Positions 12,660 to 25,207 of a stretch of DNA of 64,000 bases are shown piece by piece. The DNA is from Tubulanus polymorphus (Eukaryota; Animalia; Nemertea). The notes under the pieces are model-generated. The model did no database searches. It saw only the letters and a program-made list of their open reading frames with translations, and was not told the origin of the DNA. The position numbers were made by a program, and so were the translations under genes. Every line of letters begins with the position of its first letter. The stretch's first letter is position 1. The stretch spans positions 10,858,655 to 10,922,654 of the forward strand of contig NC_134033.1 in assembly GCF_964204645.1 (NCBI RefSeq). Direction: 5' to 3'.

Positions 12660-14888
12660 CTAACCCTTAAAGCCCACCCTACCCCTAACCCTAAACCGGC
12701 CTCGGCTGTGATTGTGAAACACATATTATATAGTGTTGTTAAAATACAGTGTTTATCTATGATAGCGTACTGAGGTCTGTAAAAATAGAAAATTAGACGT
12801 AATCTACGGAGTGATAGCTTTAGTGATTCAGACGAAATTGTGGATTAAATCTGCAACTCCTTGGACGATTATTTTACAATTAATGATCATTACAGAAGGA
12901 ACCCCACCGCTACTGAGGGTGTTGTTTTATTGATTAATTGGTTGAACACGTTAGAGATTTCATGTCATCAAATTACATGATTATTTGCGCGTGACTCCGA
13001 ATAAATCTGTCATATCGGAGCGGTTCATACCTTAGTGCGAGTTACGTCTAGGATTCGCTCTTCAAAAGTGATGATTTATAGGTTTAGAATTCAGACTCGA
13101 GCTTGTAATATTATTCAACTTCGATATATTTCCATCTTTAATTCATCGACCGCAGTAGCATCAGCTACAGCAGCTACAGCATCAGTTCATCATCCTTCAA
13201 CCGCTTCAGTGATTCTATTCTATCTAGTTCTAACTGTACAGTTTATGACGTTGCATGAAGATTCGCGGGATGAATAATCAGACATTTATAGACAAGTCGT
13301 TGTATTTTATACCGTATGTAGAAGCATTAGTGGCTAATCACGCGAAGAGTCACGCGACTAACACGATTCGTATTATTGATATCACTGTTTTGACGGTTAT
13401 CTGTATTCTAGGAATATTTGGTAATCTTATGATTATAATATTGATGATATCTCCAGAGTTGTGGAAGTTGTCTTACAGTCGTTTCTTCCTCGCTCTTGCC
13501 ATTTCTGATATTCAAGTTATTCTACATTTTCTCATAATTCTAATCAATACGGTGACGTTGTCCGATACGGTAAAAGCGACCTCGTGGTTAAGCTGCGCGA
13601 TGCAAGAATATATGGTGTGTTGCGCAGGTGCTTTTAGTCCTAGTTTATTGATTTTGATATCATTGGAAAGGTTATGCGTCGTACGGTACCCGTTCCGCGG
13701 ACCTCGATTCTGGACACCTAAAACCGTGTCTATATCGATATTTGTACTGTTAATCGTTGTATTAGGTGCCTACGGATTCATCTTCTTTACGATAACTTAC
13801 AACGATATGATTTTAAACTGTGTTCTATCGGAAAGCGCGATTTACGCTTATTCTAAAATAGTGCCGTTAATGTACAGTTACATACCGATAACTTCATTAG
13901 TTATATTGAACTCTTTATTAATCGCTTCAGTAAGATCCATGCAACAGAAAGTCGACTCTACACAAACAAATAATAATCAAGTTACTAAAATATCCATTTT
14001 AGTTTGTGCGTTTTTTCTGATTACAGTCATGCCTAATATAGTAGTAGCGACGTTAGTTCTAGATCCTCAGTGGTCAGAATCGTTGAAAATTCCATATCTC
14101 GTCACTCATCGCATATTCTGTTTTAATTATGCCGCAAATTTCTTTATCTACGTCATATCCGGTCGACGCATTCGAATGACGATAAAAACTCTTTTTACTA
14201 AATCATGTAAATCATAAGTTTCTCACTCAATACTATCTCATCCCCGCACCCAAAATTATGGTTCACCTAACCTGATGATATGGCCGTGTCGATTTCGTTG
14301 GTTGCCAGTTGCACAGTTGTGACTTAAGTCCAAAAGTGGTCTGAAATCCTAAGACTGATTGATCTTTATTTGTTAGATTGGCTATAGAATCCAAGTCGGT
14401 CAAGGACTGATATCAGATCTAAGCCATTACTGTGCAACAGACGCCAGTATTCTTATTTAAGTCTCAATCACTTCCAATAATGTTCAATAATCGAATGGAA
14501 TTGGCTGGCGAGGATAGAAATTACATTCAGAAGCCGAAAAACAGCAAGCAGTTTGTTTTAAAGTCGAACTACCCGTACTCACTGGTAAATGCCAATTTCA
14601 CGTTGTTTGGAGCCATTTTAGAACAGTGTCACTTCGACCTAGAGAGATTTCACCTACCCTGAGTGTTACTTGATAAAAGTTCCTGTGTACCAAGTTTAAT
14701 CGTAATCGGTCCATTTGTTCAAGAGATATAGACATTTATCCAAAGCGACACCTATGGAAAAGAGTGGAAATGGTTGCATACCAACCGTTAAGTAGATATT
14801 GTGTTATATATATATATATTGAATAATGTCACCAACTCTTTCATTCATTTAGAAATAAACTACTGTATTGAGCGAAGTATCCTTTAAA
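12660..14888 (+). repeat. Tandem duplication unit A (~2.2 kb, contains GPCR); partner is 19800-21993
   Basis: Co-linear homology from the CCCTAA-like array to ...GAAGTATC.TT.AAA. Confidence 0.9.
13255..14217 (+). CDS. Intronless class A (rhodopsin-like) GPCR, peptide-receptor/chemoreceptor-like, copy 1
   Basis: 320 aa with seven hydrophobic segments: GIFGN (TM1), LAISD (TM2), SLERL..VRYP (TM3 DRY-equivalent), F.I..MP (TM6), NFFIY (TM7). Confidence 0.93.
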   Translation: MKIRGMNNQTFIDKSLYFIPYVEALVANHAKSHATNTIRIIDITVLTVICILGIFGNLMIIILMISPELWKLSYSRFFLALAISDIQVILHFLIILINTVTLSDTVKATSWLSCAMQEYMVCCAGAFSPSLLILISLERLCVVRYPFRGPRFWTPKTVSISIFVLLIVVLGAYGFIFFTITYNDMILNCVLSESAIYAYSKIVPLMYSYIPITSLVILNSLLIASVRSMQQKVDSTQTNNNQVTKISILVCAFFLITVMPNIVVATLVLDPQWSESLKIPYLVTHRIFCFNYAANFFIYVISGRRIRMTIKTLFTKSCKS

Positions 14889-15054
14889 ATAAGTGGCCTT
14901 TACTAGATAAAGGATGAAGCAAATATTTGTGTTCAAAATATATAAGTTAGTAGAATCCATTGATCAAAAAACAACCCGAGTCAAACAGATGATCATCATA
15001 CTACAAAGACCTCGCTGGGCCAAAAATTAGCCCCAACCCGAGGCACTAACCCTA

Positions 15055-18000
15055 GTTAAGTTATGTATTTATTCACAAAATAGATTGATACAAAGCATTT
15101 AAGTATACATGTATAATAAAAAACAGTGTAGCAATAAATTATGCGAGGGGTTAGGAAAAGCCAAGTTAACGGCTTAAACAAGTCCTTTCCCCTCCACAAC
15201 ATACAAACCTTCTCTCACCCTCTCACAGCAATCATTCACTCGTTACGCAATCATACTAGAAAAGTAGCATGACAAATCTAATCAAGAATTATTAGATTTA
15301 TTATGATAAAAAAACCGAAAAGAATCCAAAGGCTAACATGCTAATGGGCTCAGTAATTACTATAATTAGATGAGATTTTAGGGATATAGTGAAAATATTC
15401 AGTTGACGTATAGATTTTAGATTATTTGGCAGTGCGTTCCAATGTTTAGGTCCTTGAATTTTGATAGAGTTAATTCTGAGATTTAATCTAGCAAACTCTA
15501 TGTGCAGGTTTTTGGGTCGACGTGAGGACCACCTATTACGTGTAACATTACGAAAAACGAAAAACTCGCTAAAAACTGAGGGCAGCAAATTATTAACTGT
15601 GAAAAAACAAATGTAATCAGTTGAAGTTTGTAAATATCATGCAATTTTGGGATACCCAATTTCTTAAAGATCGGCGAGGTATGCTCGAGCCAATCCGAGC
15701 GTGTTATTATCCTGACTGCCTTCTTCGAAATACGAGAGTTCCCCCAAACGATATTGGAATATTGCAAATGTGAATGAACAAGACAAAGGTAAAGATTTTT
15801 TAGCACATCAGAAGGAACGAAATACTTGAGCCTGTTAAGGAATGATGATATGATCTTTCCATGTTAATCTCTGATCGAATATAACTCCCAAAAATTTTGC
15901 GTTTTCAACACGGGTTTTTTTTTTGTCCACCGAGGAAAAGATTGAGATGGATATGGGGTTCAAAACAAAAAACCATAAACTGTGTTTTTCAAATATTAAC
16001 AGAAAGCCTATTTTGCTCTAAACCATTGTAGGAGTTTATCTAATTCCGAGTTCAATAGAAGTTCTAACTCATGTGGATTTTGCCACTTACAAAAAAATTA
16101 CTGTCGTCCGCAAATAACACAGAATCCAAAAGTTTACAGGAAGATGGGCAGTCGTTTATATAAAGCAAAAAAGCAAGGTTCCTAAAATTGAACCCTGGGG
16201 AACCCCTGAAGTTATGTTAGCAGTGTTGGAAATATGTTTTTTATATTTTACGGCCTGTTTTCGTGCTGATAGATAACTTTTGAACCGAATAAGAGGTTGG
16301 CCACGTATTCCATTATACTCCAATTTAGCTAAACGGATTTGGTGGTTAAGCGTATCAAATGCTTTGGACAAGTCGATAAAGACCCCAACAGTTGTATCAC
16401 CCTTTTCCAGGTAATTTGATATGTTATCTAGATTATAGGACAAAGCCGAGGAAGTGGAATGCTTCTTCCTGAAACCAAACTGATGATTACTTAAAATATT
16501 AAATTTTTCTAGGAAAGACGACAGCTGATTGTAAACAAGGTTTTCAAGGATTTTAGAAACCGACGGAAGAACCGATATTGGCCGGTAGTTACTAAAGAGT
16601 GACTTGTCGGCATCCTTATAAATGGGAGTAACGTGGGCAACTTTTAGTTGGCTAGGCACAATGCCTGCAGAAATGCTGCAATTGAAAATTGAAAAGTGAT
16701 TGAAAAGTGGTTGTGATATTATTTCTATAATAGATTTTAGTAGTTTCAAACTAATTTTGTCACTGCCACAGGAGAATTTACTTTTCATTTTTGAAACTAG
16801 ACTTACAATTTCTCCTGGGCTAGTTGGCATAAGGAAGAAATTATTTGTGAATTTCTCATCCAGAAAATCATTAAAATCATACGCGGAACTAGGAATATGG
16901 GATTCGAGCTTCGACGCAATATTTACAAAGTAGTCGTTAAAGTGATTAGCAATATCCTGTTCGTCAGATAAAATCTCATTATCATATCTAAATTCAGCAT
17001 CAAACCTGTTTTGTTTATCTTTTTTCAGTAAAGAATTTACAAGTTTCCAGGTTTCTCTCTGGTCATGTTTACATGAGAAAAGATTTTTCTCTGTAGTAAC
17101 CATATTTACCTTTCTTAATTACAGAATTTAGAATATTACGATATTTGCAATAGATGTCTTTGTTTTCTAGAGACCTGGACTTTATATACTTTCTGTATAA
17201 TTTTTCTTTACGTTTTATAGAACATTTGATTCCAGACGTGATCCAAGGTTTACTAATACTACTGGATTTTGGAGAAATATACTTAAAAGGAAAACAGGCT
17301 TCATTATTATCTACAATATTATAAAACTCATTGTACGATATTTTGGGGTCATTACTGTTATAAACACACTGCGAGTTACTAGTTGAAAAGACAGCGTGAA
17401 AGACGGTCGATAGATCTAGGGTTTATATCACGGATCTGAATTTCAGGCGTCAAGAGATTAGCTTCATGTAAAATTCCAGTGATAATAGCAAAAACGGGGA
17501 AGTGATCCGTGATATCAACCAAGAATACACCGCTATATATCTGGAATTCTTCATAGAAATTTACTAGAATGTTATCAATAATGGTCGCTGAGTGGTCAGT
17601 GACCCGAGTAGATAAGTTTATAAGCGGAGCGAAAGAATTGGAAATTACTTCGTTTATAAAAGAGTCACGTATAGCACTATTTCCATAATTACCACAGTCA
17701 ATGTTGTAATCACCCATTAGATATTTTTACCATTAAAGATTCAAACTCACTTAAAAATTTATTAAGATCTGATTCTGGTGGTCGGTAGATCACACCTATT
17801 AATATCTTTCTAGAATTGCGACCGCGGATCCCTATAAATAAGTTTTCAGCTATAGATAGATCTTTCTAATTTTAAAAGGAATTGAATCGTTGATCAAAAG
17901 ACCAACTCCACCCCTCCTTTATTAGATCTGCAACAGAAAATACTAGTATAATTGGGGAGGTGGTACAAGGACTCGTTAGGAGCATTGCCATCGGTCCATG

Positions 18001-19794
18001 TTTCTGTTAGCCCGATAACAGAAAATTTATGAGTTAATAGATTTAAATAGTCCGTCTGACTCCCAAAGTTTTTCCTGGCGCTACGCACATTTGCGTGAAA
18101 AACACTCAGAATGACATTATTGCCATGCTTTCCCGAATTTGCGTTAAATTCGGTAGACGAATAGTATTTACAATTGTTGAACTCGGTTTCCATAGGACAC
18201 GGTCTATTGGGACGAGCGGATATTCCGGGATAATAACGATTTGCCACAGAATACAGTCATATAATAGAGCGCTAGTCTAGCCATATGTGAAGTCACATTA
18301 AGAGGTTTAACTATCATCCACATTTTGTTTTTTAGCTTGTTTCTCAGCGCTAGGTGGGGTCTCTGTTGATGACCGGCCTTTTCGCTTCTTTGGTAATGAA
18401 AACATCTGCATCTGATTCAGACTTCCATGCATCTACGAAGTTCAGAAAGTGCCGATTTACCAAGATCGTTTAGATGTATGCCAGTCATGTCGCTGATATT
18501 GTAGAAACGTTCTCGTATTGCTCCCAATGGTTTGAGAACGAAATCATTGTTTATATACATGATGTTCTGTTTAGAGCAGAATTTGTCCATAAATGTATTA
18601 ACTGTTTCAGATGCAGCATTAAAATTGGCAGCAGCGGGAGTTACAGCTTTCCTAGGTATTATGCTAGAGAAAGCTATTTTTGCATTTGGATAATGTTCGT
18701 GTACTTTGGCCATCACTACTGTCAAATTCATCTTCGCAGCGTCGATTTCGGACCTATAACGGTTAACGTCATTGGTACCGAGATGAACCACGACGTTAGT
18801 AACGGAGTCGGGTTTAGGGATCTGAGAGTCGGCTTTGTCGAATAGCTGCTCGATGTTCTATGCCGTTGCTCCAGATTGATGTATTACAATTCCGTCAGGA
18901 TACTTTAAGTTTCTCATGTTAGAATCTCCAATCATAACAACGTTTTTGGAGGATTGTTTACTCGGTTCCGGTACCGGTTCCGATTACATTGTCGGTGATT
19001 TTTCGACGGAGGTCAATTCCGTATTGTTGCCCTCATCGGGATTTGATTGACTGTCACGAGGTTCACGATTTAACTGACAGTCAGGGGCTTTATGGTCTAA
19101 AGCTCCACATCTGAAACACTCGATTGATCTTGTTTTTGATTTCTGGTGACATTCGTATGAGCTGTGATCACCTAGGCAATGTTGGCAACATATGCCTGTA
19201 CAGTACAAACGAACTTTATAGCCAAGTATATTCGTGTATGTCGGTATTACATCGGTGACTTTTTTAAGTTTAAGATACCGCGTACCAGTAAAAATATCAG
19301 TCCCTTTTATGGTACCTTTCCTGGTTGATCCGTCCACATAATCTCCGTATTTAAAAGTTCGCTATGGTTTATCGTCCATTTCTATCGGAGCATCCACTAC
19401 CTTAACGGTCATATAATTCTCATCAACATCCATGAAGTTAATAGACACTCCATTAATATCTAATCCCGACAATTTCAGTGTTTTTACTTTCCAAATTCGC
19501 TGTTGTTATCACAGAGTCTTTTGCTGTTATTTGAACAGAGTAAATTAAACTTACATCCATTTTGTGCCTTATCGCCTCGATAATTTGCTGGTGAGATATT
19601 TTTCTTTCATTTCCTAACTCCTGTAATCCAAATTTAATGGACATGTCCCTTGTTAATCCACTCATATTTATTATCTTGCTATATATGGTTGAATCTAGAC
19701 GTTATAGATAGAGTAAACTGACCAAAATCATAGATTTACGATGAAGAGCTCCCTAAGCACGGCTGCTCATATCCGCCATGTTCTTTTCTTTTAC
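15055..19794 (-). mobile_element. Full-length but decayed CR1-group (L2/Crack/Daphne-like) LINE; ORF1 RRM-like + CCHC knuckles + SGNH esterase; ORF2 APE + RT
   Basis: The 5' end has AACATGGCGG. ORF1 pieces: CQHCLGDHSSYEC, CFRCGALDHKAPDC, IGDSN, HLGTND, DMTGIHLN. ORF2 pieces: GLTETW, GDYNID, TDHFP, DLSKAFD, GVPQGS. The 3' end has AATAAA plus a TAACT tail. Candidate TSD CTAACCCTA at 15046-54 and 19795-803. Confidence 0.92.
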
Positions 19795-19799
19795 CTAAC

Positions 19800-21993
19800 C
19801 CTAACCCTAAAAGCCAACCCTACCCCTAACCCTACTAACCCTAAACCGGCCTTGGTTGTGATTGTGAAATACATATAGTGTTGTTAAAATACAGTTTATT
19901 TTTCTAAGATGGCGTACTGAGGTCTGTAATAATAGAAAATTAGACGTACTCAACGCAGTGAGCTTTTTAATTCGAACGAAATTGTGGATTAAATCTGCAA
20001 CTTCTTGGGGGATTATTCTACAATTATGATCATTACAAAAGGAACCCCACCGCTACTGAGGGTGTTGTTTTATTGATTAATTGATTGAACACGTTAGAGA
20101 TTTCATGTCATCAAATTATATGATTATTTGCGCGTGAGTCCGATTAAATCTGTCATATCGGAGCGGTTCATACCTTAGTGCAAGTTACGTCAAAAGTGAT
20201 GATTTATTGGTTTAGAATTCAGACTCAAGCTTGTAATATTATTCAACTTCGATATATTTCGATCTTTGATTCAGCTACAGTAGCAGCAGCAGCAGCCGTT
20301 CATCATTCCACCGCTTCAGTGATTCTATTGTATATAGTTCTAACTGTATAGTTTAGACGTTGCATGAAGATTCGCGGGATGAATAATCAGACATTTATAG
20401 ACAAGTCGTTATATTTTATACCGTATGTAGAAGCATTACTGGCTAATCACGCGAAGAGTCACGCAACTAACACGATTCGTATTATTGATATCACTGTTTT
20501 GACGGTTATCTGTATTCAAGGAATATTTGGTAATCTTATGATTATAATATTGATGATATCTCCAGAGTTGTGGAAGTTGTCTTACAGTCGCTTCTTCCTC
20601 GCTCTTGCCATTTCTGATATTCAAGTTATTCTATATTTTCTCATAATTCTAATCAATACGGTGACGTTGTCCGATACGGTTAAAGCGACCTCGTGGTTAA
20701 GCTGCGCGATGCAAGAATATATGGTGTGTTGCGCAGGTGCTTTTAGTCCTAATTTATTGATTTTGATATCATTGGAAAGGTTATGCGTCGTACGGTACCC
20801 GTTCCGCGGACCTCGATTCTGGACACCTAAAACCGTGTCTATATCGATATTTGTACTGTTAATCGTTGTATTAGGTGCCTACGGATTCATCTTCTTTACG
20901 ATAACTTACAACGATATGATTTTAAACTGTGTTCTATCGGAAAGCGCGATTTACGCTTATTCTAAAATAGTGCCGTTAATGTACAGTTACATACCGATAA
21001 CTTCATTAGTTATATTGAACTCTTTATTAATCGCTTCAGTAAGATCCATGCAACAGAAAGTCGACTCTACACAAACAAATAATAATCAAGTTACTAAAAT
21101 ATCTATTTTAGTTTGTGCGTTTTTTCTGATTACAGTCATGCCTAATATAGTAGTAGCGACGTTAGTTCTAGATCCTCAGTGGTCAGAATCGTTAAAAATT
21201 CCATATCTCGTCACTCATCGCATATTCTGTTTTAATTATGCCACAAATTTCTTTATCTACGTCGTATCCGGTCGACGCATTCGAATGACTATAAAAACTC
21301 TTTTTATTAAATCATGTAAATCATAAGTTTCTCACTCAATACTATCTCATCCCCGCACCCAAAATTATAGTTCACCTAACCTGATGATATGGCCGTGTCA
21401 ATTTCGTTGGTTGCCGGTTGCACAGTTGTGACAAAAAGTGGTCTTAAATCCTAAGACTGATTGATCTTTATTTGTTAGATTGGCTATAGAATCAAGTCGG
21501 TCTAGGACTGGTATCAGATCTAAGCCATGACTATACAACAGACCCCGGTATTCTTATATAAATCTCAATCACTTCCGATAATGTTCAATAATCGAATGGA
21601 ATTGGCTGGTGAGGATAGAAATTACATTCAGAAGCCGAAAAACAGCGAGCGGTTTGTTTTAAATATCACTCAAACTACCTGTACTGGTAACTACCACTTT
21701 CACATTGTTAGGAGCCATTTTAGGACAGTGTCACTTCGACCTAGACACTGAGATTTCACCTAGACCCTGAGTGTTACTTTTTAAAAGTTCCTGTGTATCA
21801 AGTTTAATCGTAATCGGTCCATTGGTTCAAGAGAAATAGACATTTATCCAAAGCGACACCTATGGAAAAGAGCGGAAATGGTTGCATACCAATTGTAAAG
21901 TAGATATTGTGTTATATATATATATTGAATAATGTCACCAACTCTTTTATTCATTTAGAAATAAACTACTGTATTCAGCGAAGTATCTTTTAA
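19800..21993 (+). repeat. Tandem duplication unit B
   Basis: Homologous to 12660-14888. Confidence 0.9.
20364..21326 (+). CDS. Intronless class A GPCR, copy 2 (~98.5% nt identical to copy 1)
   Basis: Same 320-aa frame; by eye 7 replacement and 7 silent differences. Confidence 0.93.
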   Translation: MKIRGMNNQTFIDKSLYFIPYVEALLANHAKSHATNTIRIIDITVLTVICIQGIFGNLMIIILMISPELWKLSYSRFFLALAISDIQVILYFLIILINTVTLSDTVKATSWLSCAMQEYMVCCAGAFSPNLLILISLERLCVVRYPFRGPRFWTPKTVSISIFVLLIVVLGAYGFIFFTITYNDMILNCVLSESAIYAYSKIVPLMYSYIPITSLVILNSLLIASVRSMQQKVDSTQTNNNQVTKISILVCAFFLITVMPNIVVATLVLDPQWSESLKIPYLVTHRIFCFNYATNFFIYVVSGRRIRMTIKTLFIKSCKS

Positions 21994-21997
21994 ATAT

Positions 21998-22307
21998 GTT
22001 TATTCACCAGGCCAACACTAAGGTTTCTGCGTTGATTAAACAGGCCAACACTAGGGTTACTGCGTTTATTAAACAGGCCAACACTAGGGTTTCTACGTTT
22101 ATTAAACAGGCCAACACTAGGGTTACTTCGTTTATTAAACAGGCCAACACTAGGGTTTCTGCGTTTATTAAACAGGCCAACACTAGGGTAACTAGGTTTA
22201 TTAAACAGGCCAACACTAGGGTTACTTCGTTTATTCACCAAGCCAACACTAAGGTTTCTGCGTTTATTAAACAGGCCAACACTAGGGTTTTTGCGTTTAT
22301 TAAACAG
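21998..22307. repeat. 33-bp minisatellite, ~9.5 copies (GTTTATTAAACAGGCCAACACTAGGGTTTCTGC)
   Basis: Direct tandem repeats; explains the 11-aa periodic ORFs in three frames. Confidence 0.95.
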
Positions 22308-23375
22308 TTATCCATAAACTACTGATATATAAAGAGACTTTTGCGGAATATATTATTCGACTGTGATGTCTTAATCGAATTCTTCGCGTGGGCCCGATAC
22401 AGTTTTATGAAAAGTACCAATATTTTAAATCACCGAGTATACGGTAGGTTTTTTTAATGAAATTACGAACGACATTATCACCAGTGGTGATCATACAGTG
22501 ACATCATCACTCCGATCTGGATTACATTGGAAGCGCCGTGACTTTGCGGTTCTTACGATACTTTTCGGATGCCAGTGGAGCGAGTAAAATTAGTACCCCT
22601 TAATGAAAACATGAGTCTCTAAACAAAAAACACCACATTTTCTTCGATTTCTACCCGCCGCCGTTCCGCGGGAATTTACGATTGCGATTACGATTTATTT
22701 ACACTCCAACCATTTCCATGGTATATGGAGGAAAACTATTACACACGTATATACAAATATTTACAAAACAACACTGAAGTGATTAAAATTTAGAGAATGA
22801 AAACGTAACAAAATATATATACATCAACTATTTACAATACTATATATACTATAGGAGGGATCTATATACATCTAAGCCGGTCTTAATGAAGTTGACCGTT
22901 GGGTTTTTCAGAATATCAAGGGTATTGAAGGTATTCAAATTCAAATAGTTTTTCCGGGGTTCGTTAAGTAAGGTACAGTCAAACAGAAAATGGGATTCGT
23001 CACCTAAAGTATTACAAGTGGGGCATATTCTATCGGCTCTGTCTAAATGAAGGTTCGAAAATTTGTTCACAGGTAAAATATAGGACCCGACCCTAAATTC
23101 AAATAAACTAGTTCCTAAGTCATCACCAAGTTCTATTATATACTGCTCTAACCTAATATCATTTTTATATTGCCTAAAGTTAGTGTATACGGTTTCTTGG
23201 AGGTGCTGGTCACGGAGTATCTGTTTTATTCGTTTTGAAAAAGATTTACTGTTAGTCATGAATTGATGCGTCCAAATAAAGGACAAACCACAGTCATCAA
23301 AGGTTTTCTTTATATCCGAATAACCATAGAAGCGATAACATTAAAAACCTCATTTTCTAATGAGTAACTACAGTT

Positions 23376-23423
23376 TATTAACACGAACGTTTTCGGGATC
23401 ATATCCCCTCATCAGGTGAAATA
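23376..23423 (-). ncRNA. Minimal type I hammerhead ribozyme (Penelope pLTR), left arm
   Basis: Exact reverse complement of 25160-25207. Confidence 0.85.
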
Positions 23424-25159
23424 CAAGTGGATCAAATGATTAAACTACAGGTTTATATACAACATAAGTTACAAAATTACAAGTGCTAAATTCTAAGCTA
23501 ATTACAAACCAAGTATTTAATTACAAACTAATTATTTGAATACATTTAGGATAAAGGATGAGCCGTTTTGAAATAATTGTTGATTTAAAGAGGGTCGTTG
23601 CGCTTTAATAAACAGGGCCTCCCTAATTTTACAGTCGAGATCAGATGAACCTTTGTCTAGAATTTTGAATTTGTTGTTACTGAATTCCTGATCACAAGTG
23701 TGACAAATTGCGAGATGTTGTCCAATCGCAGAAGTCTTTGATCTGTGTTCCTTAATCCTGATGGCCAAATGTCGTTTAGTTTTCCCAATATAGGAAGTGT
23801 TTATATCACATAAACAATTAAATTTATATATGACTTTAGCCTTCAGCGATTTAGGGGTAGCACATTTCAAAGAGAAAAAATTCTTAATTTTGGTCGTAGT
23901 GAATGCACATTTCAAGTTGATTTCAAAATTCCTTTTAAATAGATATTTTAATTTTCGGGCAAATAGGATTGACGGGTTACCAATATACGGTAATGAAATG
24001 AATAGATCAATTCCATCTTCAACAGGTTTCGGTTGAGGTTCTGAGTTCTGTTTTGATTTATTAATACATTGATCGATGACATGAATAGGAAACGCATTAG
24101 ATTTAAACAGATTTTTCAAGAAATTGATTTCTTCTGAAAAGATGGTCCAATCACTGCAAATATTGTAGGCACGAAAAAGCATGGTATTGATGAGTCCTAT
24201 TTTCCATTTATACGGACACATGGCGTTGAAGTTCAAAACTAGGCCTGTGTTGGAAGCTTTCCTGTACACTCGAGATATAAAGTCACTACCGGTTTCTAAC
24301 GGAATTTGTATTTCGGTATCGAGAAAAGGTAATAGATTAGGACCTAGTTCAAAAGTGAATTTAAGGTTAGAATGGAGGCGATTCAATTCTTCAAAAAAAG
24401 TTTATAACTGGATACATTTCGAAATATGCCGAAAATATCGTCCACGTATCTCAGGTATAATGTCGGTTTGTAATTAGTTTTGGAGAGGAGCAAGTTTTTA
24501 AATCAAAACAGGAGCAAGTTTTTAAATCAAAACAGAACTCAGAACCTCAACCGAAACCTGTTGAAGATGGAATTGATCTATTCATTTCATTACCGTATAT
24601 TGGTAACCCGTCAATCCTATTTGCCCGAAAATTGAAATATCTATTTAAAAGGAATTTTGAAATCAACTTGAAATGTGCATTCACTACGACCAAAATTAAG
24701 AATTTTTTCTTTTTGAAATGTGCTACCCCTAAATCGCTGAAGGCTAAAGTCATATATAAATTTAATTGTTTATGTGATATAAACACTTCCTATATTGGGA
24801 AAACTAAACGACATTTGGCCATCAGGATTAAGGAACACAGATCAAAGACTTCTGCGATTGGACAACATCTCGCAATTTGTCACACTTGTGATCAGGAATT
24901 CAGTAACAACAAATTCAAAATTCTAGACAAAGGTTCATCTGATCTCGACTGTAAAATTAGGGAGGCCCTGTTTATTAAAGCGCAACGACCCTCTTTAAAT
25001 CAACAATTATTTCAAAACGGCTCATCCTTTATCCTAAATGTATTCAAATAATTAGTTTGTAATTAAATACTTGGTTTGTAATTAGCTTAGAATTTAGCAC
25101 TTGTAATTTTGTAACTTATGTTGTATATAAATCTGTAGTTTAATCATTTGATCCACTTG

Positions 25160-25207
25160 TATTTCACCTGATGAGGGGATATGATCCCGAAAACGTTCGT
25201 GTTAATA
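25160..25207 (+). ncRNA. Minimal type I hammerhead ribozyme (Penelope pLTR), right arm
   Basis: CAC-CTGATGA-G-GGGAT-ATG-ATCCC-GAAA-ACGT-TC|GTG: intact core, stem II, palindromic ACGU loop III, stem I CAC/GUG; predicted cleavage after 25198. Confidence 0.85.

Noticed and set aside
14272-14300. Hammerhead-like CTGATGA in the GPCR 3' flank (also ~21381)
   Set aside because: The GAAA core is missing (GATT/AATT); at most a decayed remnant.
21998-22307. 33-bp repeat array as a CRISPR array or repeat protein
   Set aside because: Units are head-to-tail with no unique spacers, there are no cas genes, and the context is eukaryotic; the ORFs are by-products of a unit length divisible by 3.
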